From Planctomycetota bacterium (lineage in GTDB: Bacteria > Planctomycetota > Planctomycetia > Planctomycetales > Planctomycetaceae), in the NCBI GenBank assembly GCA_003669575.1, contig QWOR01000351.1, positions 1 through 47,202 on the forward strand: 47,202 nucleotides of DNA, written 5' to 3'. The notes under the pieces were generated by a model that was not told the origin of the DNA, searched no databases, and was given only the letters and a program-made list of their open reading frames with translations. This document shows positions 1-8,103 of the stretch, piece by piece (position 1 is the stretch's first letter; the number at the start of each line of letters is the position of its first letter). The position numbers were made by a program, and so were the translations under genes.

Positions 1-976
1 CGTAATCGGCCAGGCCCCAGAAATCGACCAGCAAGCCGATGGAATCGACGATCGTCACCGCTGCTGAGGACTCGCGACGTGACGTGACGTCGCTATTGAG
101 GGCAAATGAGAGCTTGCGATCATGGACCAGTTTCGCAATCTCGCGTGTCCGCCCCGGGTGGCGGGGGACGATGACCAGGCGTAAGTGCGGGTGGTCGGTT
201 TGCAGCTGTTGCAGGGCGTTGAGGAGAATCGCCTCCTCGGGGTCGTGCGTGCTACCCGCCACCAGGATTCGTTCCTGGTCTGTGAACCCCATTCGTTGTC
301 GAAGCTTCGCCGATCGGGCGCGGGCATCCTCTACGAGCGTCGCATCGCACTTCAGCGACCCCGTCACTTCGACTTTGGTCGTGGCGGGACCCAGCAGGTG
401 TCGAATTCTCTCGGCGTCCTGTTCGGTCTGCGCCCCCCACCAGTGAATGGCAGCCAGCGCGGGTTGGTGGAACCAGCTGATTCGCCGAAAATAAGCCAAC
501 TCGTCGTCGTTGATCCGAGTACTGACCACCGCCACCGGAACGTGCCGTCGCTGGGCCTCCAGCAGCAGGTTGGGCCACAGGTCCAGCTCCGAATGCACGA
601 GCAGTCGCGGGCGCACCGTGGCAAAGACACGCCGTACCGCCCAGGTCAGATCGAACGGCAGATAGAAGACGAGAGCATCCGGATAAGTGTCACGGGCGAC
701 GCGAAACCCATCGCGGGTATAGGCTGAGATGACGAGTTGATGAGCAGGTTCTTGCTGGCGAAAACGTTCGATCAGCGGGCGCAGCAGCAGCAGCTCGCCC
801 ATGCATGACCCGTGCATCCAGACGACGGGGCGATCAGCGGGTGGGGTCGGGGCAGATCCAGTCAGACGCTGCCAGTGCCCCCCGATGTCATATCGGCCCG
901 TCACGATCCGGTAGACCCAGACCGGCAGCATCACGACCGACAACACCAGATAGATCGCGTTGATGAGGTACGGCAT
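1..976 (-). CDS. waaA: 3-deoxy-D-manno-octulosonic acid (Kdo) transferase; the first ~325 aa are present and the C-terminus is cut off by the window edge
   Basis: Absent from the ORF track because no stop codon lies inside the window. My manual translation of the minus strand from the ATG at 976-974 stays open to position 1. It reads [25 protein letters not shown]...[21 protein letters not shown]...[16 protein letters not shown]...[19 protein letters not shown]. This fits the KdtA/WaaA pattern: an N-terminal membrane anchor, W.H..S.GE, PRHP.R and D.(I/M)G.L...AD. A GTG at 1024-1022 overlaps the upstream stop codon and is an alternative start. Confidence 0.8.
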
Positions 977-1020
977 GAGGTGTTTCGCGGGTTCCTGCCC
1001 GATGGACCAGCCGAACGGGA

Positions 1021-1959
1021 TCACGCCAACTCCGGCGGGACCGGCTGCTTCAACAACACGGTCCAGAACTCCGCATCGGTCCTCACCTTGACCCGCTGGA
1101 ACTCCTCGTGCTGGGCCACGATCGACTCCGACTCCATGTCCCGTTTCGCCTCGTCGGTCAGATGAGGCTCAAACAGCTTCGGCAGCCAGTACTTATACCA
1201 CGTCCGGTCATCAAAACAGACCCGGGCAATCAACGCATGGTTTCTCCAGACATCGTCCCACGTTGCGTTATACTGCAGCTTCTCCTTAAACATGTGCAGT
1301 GTCGGTGTCCAGCACAAATGCAGGATCGGAATGTCGAGAAAAAACGCCTTCACCGAGATCGCCGCCTCCGACCCGCCCCAATTCCGCAGCCCCTCGATCC
1401 AATGCACTCGGTCGTAGGTCTCACGCGTCATGACATACGCAGGCGCCCGCAGGGAGGAAATCCGAGTTACCTCTTGATGTGGATATCCGTCATTCCACTC
1501 TGCACCGAAGTACCCCCGTTCGGGGCACAGCTGGAATGTCGCACCGTGCAACGTACGTGACCAAGGATCAAACCCGCGCATGTCGGGGACGACAATCGCA
1601 GCTTCACGAGCCGCCGCCACCGCACACCGGTTCAGGACCCCCGGCCCAACCCGCTGATGCCCGTCGAGAAACGCTAGAGCTCTCCCCCGCGAAGCCTGCA
1701 CTGCCATGTGCCGCGATGAGGCAACCCCAGTGCGAACCACATTACGAATGCCCCGGACGTGGCTGTTTTCCACACCGTTGCAACAGCCATCCGTCGACGC
1801 ATCATCAACGATCAGCGCTTCCACGTCCTCGGTCGTCTTGGAGAAAACCGACTCCAGCGTCCGCTGGACTTCCTCTCCCTCATTATGCGCAGTGAGAATG
1901 AGGGAGAGCATGCTGGAGATTTTTTTTCGAGAATCGGACGGTACGACACTCTGAACCAT
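1021..1959 (-). CDS. Family 2 (GT-A fold) glycosyltransferase
   Basis: 312-aa ORF. The N-terminus [21 protein letters not shown]...[11 protein letters not shown] is the typical GT2 nucleotide-sugar binding signature. It is co-directional with waaA and abuts it (GTGA stop/start overlap at 1021-1024). Confidence 0.8.
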
Positions 1960-2042
1960 GCGAACTGGTCCACTGACACCGACTCATGCGACTCGAAATG
2001 CCGACGTGGCATCAAGAATCACGTAAGCACATTCAAGATGTA

Positions 2043-2225
2043 TCAGTCTTGGCAGCACCCCCGAATGCAATCGAGCTGATATTGGAGATCTTCAACAAGA
2101 CATTTGATCTTGTCTAATGTCTCCTGAGTCTCTGCGAGTTGTTGCTGGACCGATTCCGAATCGCCTGCACAACGAGGCGGCCCCTTAGGTGGACTGCTCG
2201 GAGTTGGATCAGGGTTGAATGACAT
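2043..2225 (-). CDS. Hypothetical 60-aa protein: Pro-rich N-terminus, predicted helical middle, Cys-rich C-terminus
   Basis: ATG at 2225-2223 follows AAGGAA about 8 nt upstream. The translation is MSFNPDPTPSSPPKGPPRCAGDSESVQQQLAETQETLDKIKCLVEDLQYQLDCIRGCCQD. It has 5 Cys, including a terminal C-x3-CC, and no signal peptide. I recognise no family. It lies in a low-GC tract. Confidence 0.45.
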   Translation of the reverse strand: MSFNPDPTPSSPPKGPPRCAGDSESVQQQLAETQETLDKIKCLVEDLQYQLDCIRGCCQD

Positions 2226-2341
2226 TGGACAGTTCCTTGTGGAAGATTGATTTGATTGAGTCGAACTCGATGAATCCCCAAAACACCTTGCTGCAACCTA
2301 GTCGCAGGATTTAATGAATGGTGCCGGGTGACCTCAGCTCT

Positions 2342-3040
2342 TTACCATGCCCCTACTGGTGTCACAGTCGTGAGCCACATATCTATTGCATTTGGCGGCC
2401 CATATCCCGGGAATTGGACTGTCGTCCCCAATTTGACTGGGATAGGCACTGGTCTAGGAGTTGACCAATTGGCATTAAGCGAAGGATCTGCTTTGGGGTT
2501 GTTCTTTGCCACATCGAGGAGATATCCGATTTTACATGCCAAGGGATTATCGCTAGCACACGGTGCATCTTCGATCATTGTGAAACTTGTTACGTTTGGG
2601 TCATTGAGATGAGTCTTGAAAAAACTCCTGATCTGAGTCGCAAAGATAATGGCCATGTCGAGGTATTGCTGATAGTCGAGTGTACCGACAGCAGCCCCCG
2701 GAGCCGGCAGCAGATGCTGTTCGAACCCAACAGTCGCGGACCAGAAGCCATTCTTGGCGAAATAACGATAAACGATAACGATATTCCCTTCGCCCTGGAC
2801 GGCGTTTTCGCCGTAATCTACCTGCATGTAGTTAACTGCATTATTACCAAGAACATTGGGGTTTGTGACACTCGAGTTAATGATTTCCTGGAGCCTCGCG
2901 TGAGTTACTACTGCAAGGTCGCGATTCTTATGAACACTCGCCGTATCTGATAGAATTTGAAAAATGGGTTTGATCTGATCCAATGGTATGTTGTTGCTCG
3001 GATTTGAATTGAAAGAGGTCCATTTGAATGAGAAAGCCAT
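2342..3040 (-). CDS. Hypothetical 232-aa protein (orphan, no recognisable motif)
   Basis: The track ORF 2342..3043 begins with TTG. The next codon is ATG (3040-3038), with GGAG about 8 nt upstream, so I call that as the start. A 232-codon open frame in roughly 40-50% GC DNA is unlikely by chance. I see no TM segment, signal peptide or known catalytic motif. It starts 60 nt downstream of the kinase gene on the same strand. Confidence 0.6.
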   Translation of the reverse strand: MAFSFKWTSFNSNPSNNIPLDQIKPIFQILSDTASVHKNRDLAVVTHARLQEIINSSVTNPNVLGNNAVNYMQVDYGENAVQGEGNIVIVYRYFAKNGFWSATVGFEQHLLPAPGAAVGTLDYQQYLDMAIIFATQIRSFFKTHLNDPNVTSFTMIEDAPCASDNPLACKIGYLLDVAKNNPKADPSLNANWSTPRPVPIPVKLGTTVQFPGYGPPNAIDMWLTTVTPVGAW

Positions 3041-3100
3041 CAATGTTCTCCAGGGTGGTGTGGGTTGGCCATCATTGAGTGTTTTTCAAGTTACATAGTC

Positions 3101-6100
3101 TCACTTTAGCGATCTAGCGATCCGAAATCCTCTCAGAAATGATGTCGTGCTAAAAGATTTTGCTTGCCGGCGATTCGCGGCTCGCTGATAGGCGACAGAC
3201 TCGGAAGCACTTCCCCCGCGTTCCGCCCGTTTGAGGTCATGCTCATATGGCTCGGGAATCATCTCTACATCATCTCCCGCAACAGGCGGAGAATCTTCTT
3301 CACAAGGGTCTTGTGTCCATTCGGCCACACTGCCATGCATATCAAACAGGCCGAAACGATTGGGACAAAGACTCCCCACTGGCCAATTATGCCCCTTGGA
3401 ATTGTCGATATTCCACGTGAAGCGACTGGCCAGTGATCTCGCATTTCCCCATGAGTAGGAATCCACTGACCCGGCGCGGCAGGCATATTCCCATTCCGCT
3501 TCAGATGGCAGCCGATACCCTGTCCGCGATAAGTAGTCGTTTACTGGTTTCATGACGTACATTCTCACCTCCTCATAACACCACTGGTCTTCCGTGATGC
3601 CCTCCTCTTTACTGAGCCAGTTACAATATTCTGCAACCCGATGCCAAGTGACTGCTGCAGCCGGGCAGTCGAACGAAGGGGTATAACCATTGACTCTGTG
3701 TGGAAAGCCGGGGTCGAACTTCAGGTACTGCTCGAAGGAGACTTCCTTGGTCCCCACCGAGAAAGTCCGGTTGATCTTCCGAGTCAACGGCGACTCGTCA
3801 GACGCATCGCGATTCGGTTCATCAAGAAGAGAGCCGATGTGGGCTTCAACGGGGCCGCGGAAGATCGCCATCGAGTGGCCGGTGGGGCTGATCAGCCAAG
3901 TGCGGTCGGGGGGGATCTCTTTGCTGGCCAGTTCCTGGGTCAGGCTCTCGATCTTGTCGCTGCGCCCCCACGAACGCAGACCCCATTCGGCGGCGGAGTG
4001 GACTCCGGAGTCGGGTTCGGTGCGGAACGCGGTTTCGAACGCGGTGAGGCAGTTCTCCTGGAGATCGGGGCGGAAGTTCTGGCGAGCGGTCGCATCGATC
4101 CCCGCCAGAACCCGGAGCAAAGATCCTCGCAGCGACGCAGTGGTCGTTGTGCTCAGCTTGCTGGAGATCGCCTCGCAGTTCAGGACCAGATCGGTCAGGC
4201 GTTTCTCCAGGAAGGCGGTGATCTCCGGGTCATCTGTCTGGCCCAGCGACTGCCACGTCGGATCCGCATCGCCGAGAGCAAAGAGCAGTGCAGCTGCGTG
4301 GGCTCGGCGTTCGAGAACCCGGCTGCGGGCGTCGTACTTCTCTTCCGGCGTGGGCAGTGTGTTGTAGATGAACAGCAGCTTGTTCTTTGCTTCGGGGCGA
4401 TGGGCTTCGAGTTTGGAAAACAGCTTGCGATGCTGCGGCGGAGTGGCTGTCAGCAGCAGCTCAACCAGCGGTTGCGGTCGATCAGAGACATATTCCCCCA
4501 GAATCGAGGCTGCGAATTCCCGGTCCAGCTCCCCGCGATCGGTGGAGGCATAGACCTTGCTCAAGTGGTCGATGAGAAAGTCGCGTGCCGGCTGAAACAA
4601 TGCAATCCAGGCGTTGAACTGGCTCTGATTGTCGGCGATCTGGCTGATGAGTTGTTCGGCCACGAAGTCAGCGGATGCCTTCCATTTGGTTTGTGCTTCT
4701 GGACTGGAGGTCTCGAAACCCGCCAGAGCGGCTGCCGCCCGGAATCGTTTATTGGACTCCTGGGCCGGATCGGTGAGGATGGCCCAGAGATGGCTGGCCA
4801 GCTGCGATTGATCGGTATGAACGATGAGCGCGCGGCTGATGACGGCCACACTTGCCGGGGGCTCCAGCAGCATGCGATCTCGGAGGTATTCCCCGAGGTT
4901 GGGGTTCGAAGGCAACAACGCCAGACTGAAATTCACCCGGGCCCGCGAGTCGGGCCCCGCCTGGAACAGTGCATCGAGAAGCAGGGGGTTGGCCCAGCGC
5001 CGGATCGGCTCGAGTGGCTCGATGATCGCCGGGACGTCTTCGGTGGGGGCAGTCCGGAGGGATTCGACCAGGCTGTGGGATCGTGCCCGGGGAACCGAGT
5101 CGCTAATCCACCAGCCGACGCACAGCGCCAGGACAACTGCCATGGCCATCCGCGACAGGTAATAGCGACTGGCCCGCCGCATCATCTTCTGTTCGGCCTG
5201 CTGGTGAGCCCGATTCTTCCGCGTCGTGAAGGCGAGGATGCTCAGCCACTCGAGCAAGGAGGGGAGCGTGCGGCTGGATGGTCTGGCCTGCCAGCTCTGG
5301 GCCCGCTCTTCCAGAAGTAACTCGGCCCGTCCCCGTCGGGTGGCTTTCTTCTTCTGGGTGAGCCACTCCGTCAGTGAGGGGACGAGGTAGTCGTGTGTCA
5401 GGTTGTAGTACCGTTCCTCGGCAAGCTGGGGGCGATCCGACACGTCGTTGCCTGTACTCTGTCCGACCGGATCGGTGGGGGTGATCAGTCGCAGCTCCGA
5501 ATCCAGGATTCGCAACAGGACATCGAAGTCCCGCTTGTGATCGTCGTAGCCTGATCCGGCCAGCAGCTCCTGATAGGAGCGCATGCCGCCCTTAATGCCG
5601 CCCCCCTGGTCAGACAGCAGCATCGACAACACCGACCGGGCTGCTTTCTGGTGAATGCGGTGCTGGGGGTTCGCAGTCCGTCCGTTAAAGGTCTCTTCCA
5701 GGAAGGTCACGCCAACGCCTTTTGCCCCTCCCAGTTCCTGCAGGGTCGAGGGAGTCCAGCGCTTGTCTTTGACCATTTCCGCGAACAAGGCCAGATGCAC
5801 CGGAATGACCTGCTGGTTCTGGGCCAGATCATTGGTCGCCTGCTCGATGAACATGGTTTGCAGTTGATCGAGCTTCTCATGCCCTGGGGGGAGAGCCCCG
5901 TATGCCCGCCCCATGGCAGTCAGCACCTTGCGTGCGTGACGCATGCCGAACAGGTCAATGGCGGAAATATTGTTGTTCGGAATCAGCGAGACATCGAGGT
6001 CTTCCATGAAATGCGTAATGGCCATCCAGAAGTCATCGCGTGCCGAGATGACACACTGCAGATGAGCCCCGTCGCATTGCCGGAGAGCACGGACCAGTTC

Positions 6101-7966
6101 GCTGGAACTGTGATCCTGTCGGGAGTGCAACCACTGTTCAAACTGATCGAGAACAATGAGCACTTTCGTACGCACAGGAAGATCGAGGCCACGTCGGATG
6201 GCCGCCAGGGTGCCAGCAAGGTCGAGTTCTCGCGAGAGAGTTGGACAGCTCTTGCGTAGTGCCTTGAGCAGCCGGAGTTCGGTGTCGTGAGGAGTCGACT
6301 CCACGTAGATCCGAACAATGTTTTCCGGAAGGTGCGGTATGACAGCTGCCTTCAGGAAGGATGACTTGCCGCAGCCGCTGGGGCCATAAACAAGTCCCAC
6401 GCGAAATGTCTTCTCGGGATCCTCTTCGAGAATCCGCGTTCTCCAGAATCGAACACTTTCCGGGAGGCCATCACGGTCTCTGGGACCGGGCAAGAGTTCG
6501 AGGAAGAATCCGGCATCATCACCATCGAATGACCGCAATCCCTTCGGAATGATCGTGAGTGGATTTGTGGCAGCTGACTGAAGTTCGCTGGACACCGCTG
6601 CGCCCGAGTTCGAGAGCCTCGCTCCGCTCGCAGCCCTCGCGCTGAGATCAATGCCCTGGCTCAGGAAATAGCGTAGGTCTTCCGCCATGTCGCGAGCTGT
6701 GCTGTACCGCTCGGAAACGCGGTAGGAGAGCGATTTCAGACAGATACGTTCCAGCTCTTGCGGAATCGAGTCATCAATCTGGCGGAGCGGCCGAGCCTCG
6801 ACGGGCGATTGCCGCTCCTGCCACGCTTTGCCGAAGGGGCGACGATTTGACAACAACTCGTACAGCACGATCCCCAGACTGAACACATCTGAACGACCAT
6901 CGACGAGATGCCCCTCTCCACGAACCTGTTCCGGACTCATATAGGCCGGTGTTCCAGCAGAGGGACGATCTTTCCCCCAGTTCTCGTCTTTCAGCGCGAT
7001 TCCGAAGTCGGCCAGGTAAGGGCGATTCTCCGTGTCGATCAGAATATTGGCAGGCTTAATGTCTCGATGCACAACACCATGCAGGTGAGAGTAATGCAGA
7101 GCCTCGGCGACGACCGACAACAATTCGGCAACGGCTGAGAACGAGAAGTGTACGTGTTTGTTCTTCGTCGCCAGGTCGCTGCCTTCGATGTACTTGGAAA
7201 CAATAAAGCATCGTCCATCGTCGGTGCGGCCAAAGTCAAAGACTGGCACGATCGCCGGGTGATCGAGGCTTGCCAGAATCCTGGCCTCTTCGAAATAGGT
7301 TTCGATATCGCTCGGGTTTGCGATGCGATATGCGTGAGGCACCTTGATCGCCACAGAACGGCGCAGCTCTTCGTCGAATGCCAGGTAGACACGCCCGAAC
7401 CCCCCGTCTCCCAAGATTCGTTGAACGCGAAAGCGGCCAATAAACTGTGGCTGGTCAACAGCCCGGTTGGACGTCGCGGGGGAATGAAGAACCGCTTCAT
7501 CGACCGAGAAGAAGGGCTCATCGAAGATTGCCCCTTTATCGGTGTCAGGCCCTTGAACTGCAGTCGTCTGTACTCCCCTGTCAGCCGGCTCCTTACGCCT
7601 GGCAGACAACTGCTCATGGAGCTCATTGCGGACATCCGGAAACCGGGACGCGAAGACCGCAATGTCAAGACGTTCCCCACGGCCAGAAAGATGTTGGAAC
7701 TCGCCAAGGATTAATCGTAATTTTGCCCGAATGTGGGTATTGAGAACTGGGTACTTCCCCAGGTAACTCTCAACTGGCAGACCAGAGCCCGCTTGCCAGC
7801 GTCGGGACTGATCGATCGAGCACACCGCAGCGATCTCTTCTGCACTTGCTGCGGGATGCTGACTGAGAAACTCGAAGACATCCGGGGCACAGCCATCTCC
7901 GCCACAGAGGCTTTGGAACGCTTCTGCAAGACTGTGCTTCGAATGATTCGAGGAAGATGAGATCAT
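3101..7966 (-). CDS. Multidomain Ser/Thr protein kinase / STAND-type P-loop NTPase / single TM / helical-repeat region / C-terminal FGE-sulfatase-like (SUMF1/EgtB/PvdO family) domain
   Basis: 1621-aa ORF.
- Kinase motifs (about aa 177-436, nt ~6659-7438): GDGGFGRVY, VAIKV, HRDIKPANILI, DFGIA, GTPAYMSPEQ.
- NTPase: the linker KGLRSFDGDDAGFFLELLPGPRDRDGLPESVRFW is followed by Walker A GPSGCGKSS (nt ~6362-6388) and a Walker-B-like VLIVLDQFEQW.
- One hydrophobic helix, MAMAVVLALCVGWWI (aa ~937-955, nt ~5102-5158).
- The last ~266 aa (nt ~3104-3901) carry FGE-family motifs: GYRLPSEAEWEYACRAG, NRFGLFDMHGSVAEWTQD and RGGS...GFRIAR. Confidence 0.9.
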   Translation of the reverse strand: MISSSSNHSKHSLAEAFQSLCGGDGCAPDVFEFLSQHPAASAEEIAAVCSIDQSRRWQAGSGLPVESYLGKYPVLNTHIRAKLRLILGEFQHLSGRGERLDIAVFASRFPDVRNELHEQLSARRKEPADRGVQTTAVQGPDTDKGAIFDEPFFSVDEAVLHSPATSNRAVDQPQFIGRFRVQRILGDGGFGRVYLAFDEELRRSVAIKVPHAYRIANPSDIETYFEEARILASLDHPAIVPVFDFGRTDDGRCFIVSKYIEGSDLATKNKHVHFSFSAVAELLSVVAEALHYSHLHGVVHRDIKPANILIDTENRPYLADFGIALKDENWGKDRPSAGTPAYMSPEQVRGEGHLVDGRSDVFSLGIVLYELLSNRRPFGKAWQERQSPVEARPLRQIDDSIPQELERICLKSLSYRVSERYSTARDMAEDLRYFLSQGIDLSARAASGARLSNSGAAVSSELQSAATNPLTIIPKGLRSFDGDDAGFFLELLPGPRDRDGLPESVRFWRTRILEEDPEKTFRVGLVYGPSGCGKSSFLKAAVIPHLPENIVRIYVESTPHDTELRLLKALRKSCPTLSRELDLAGTLAAIRRGLDLPVRTKVLIVLDQFEQWLHSRQDHSSSELVRALRQCDGAHLQCVISARDDFWMAITHFMEDLDVSLIPNNNISAIDLFGMRHARKVLTAMGRAYGALPPGHEKLDQLQTMFIEQATNDLAQNQQVIPVHLALFAEMVKDKRWTPSTLQELGGAKGVGVTFLEETFNGRTANPQHRIHQKAARSVLSMLLSDQGGGIKGGMRSYQELLAGSGYDDHKRDFDVLLRILDSELRLITPTDPVGQSTGNDVSDRPQLAEERYYNLTHDYLVPSLTEWLTQKKKATRRGRAELLLEERAQSWQARPSSRTLPSLLEWLSILAFTTRKNRAHQQAEQKMMRRASRYYLSRMAMAVVLALCVGWWISDSVPRARSHSLVESLRTAPTEDVPAIIEPLEPIRRWANPLLLDALFQAGPDSRARVNFSLALLPSNPNLGEYLRDRMLLEPPASVAVISRALIVHTDQSQLASHLWAILTDPAQESNKRFRAAAALAGFETSSPEAQTKWKASADFVAEQLISQIADNQSQFNAWIALFQPARDFLIDHLSKVYASTDRGELDREFAASILGEYVSDRPQPLVELLLTATPPQHRKLFSKLEAHRPEAKNKLLFIYNTLPTPEEKYDARSRVLERRAHAAALLFALGDADPTWQSLGQTDDPEITAFLEKRLTDLVLNCEAISSKLSTTTTASLRGSLLRVLAGIDATARQNFRPDLQENCLTAFETAFRTEPDSGVHSAAEWGLRSWGRSDKIESLTQELASKEIPPDRTWLISPTGHSMAIFRGPVEAHIGSLLDEPNRDASDESPLTRKINRTFSVGTKEVSFEQYLKFDPGFPHRVNGYTPSFDCPAAAVTWHRVAEYCNWLSKEEGITEDQWCYEEVRMYVMKPVNDYLSRTGYRLPSEAEWEYACRAGSVDSYSWGNARSLASRFTWNIDNSKGHNWPVGSLCPNRFGLFDMHGSVAEWTQDPCEEDSPPVAGDDVEMIPEPYEHDLKRAERGGSASESVAYQRAANRRQAKSFSTTSFLRGFRIARSLK

Positions 7967-8062
7967 CTCACGAGGATGCCTTGTCGCGACGATTGATGCA
8001 TTGTCAAAGCTTTACTTCTCACAGACCGACACAAAGCAACGGTGATTCTGTCATTGACACCA

Positions 8063-8096
8063 ACATAATGCAAAAGACACCCACATAATGCAAAAG
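8063..8096. repeat. Two direct copies of a 14-nt unit ACATAATGCAAAAG spaced 20 bp apart
   Basis: Exact copies at 8063-8076 and 8083-8096. They lie in the 137-nt gap between the kinase start codon (7966, minus strand) and the stop of the GPH transporter (8104). Read on the minus strand, the pair gives TTGCAT-N17-CATTAT. Confidence 0.6.
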
Positions 8097-8103
8097 CCAT
8101 TTT

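Noticed and set aside
185-727. 180-aa plus-strand ORF and other short ORFs in 39..727
   Set aside because: They are antisense shadows of the waaA frame. The waaA frame is open through the whole region and carries the KdtA motifs.
3641-5320. 559-aa plus-strand ORF (and neighbours 3690..4367, 5651..6259, 7148..7714) antisense to the kinase-STAND gene
   Set aside because: It lies entirely within a gene that has unmistakable kinase, P-loop and FGE motifs on the other strand. The translation is Arg/Gly/Ala-rich with no motif. This is typical of stop-poor antisense frames in high-GC DNA.
8063-8096. Considered whether the 14-nt repeats could be a minimal CRISPR-like or tandem array
   Set aside because: There are only two copies, the 6-nt spacer is far too short for CRISPR, and no cas genes are present. 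I keep them as a possible regulatory direct repeat.
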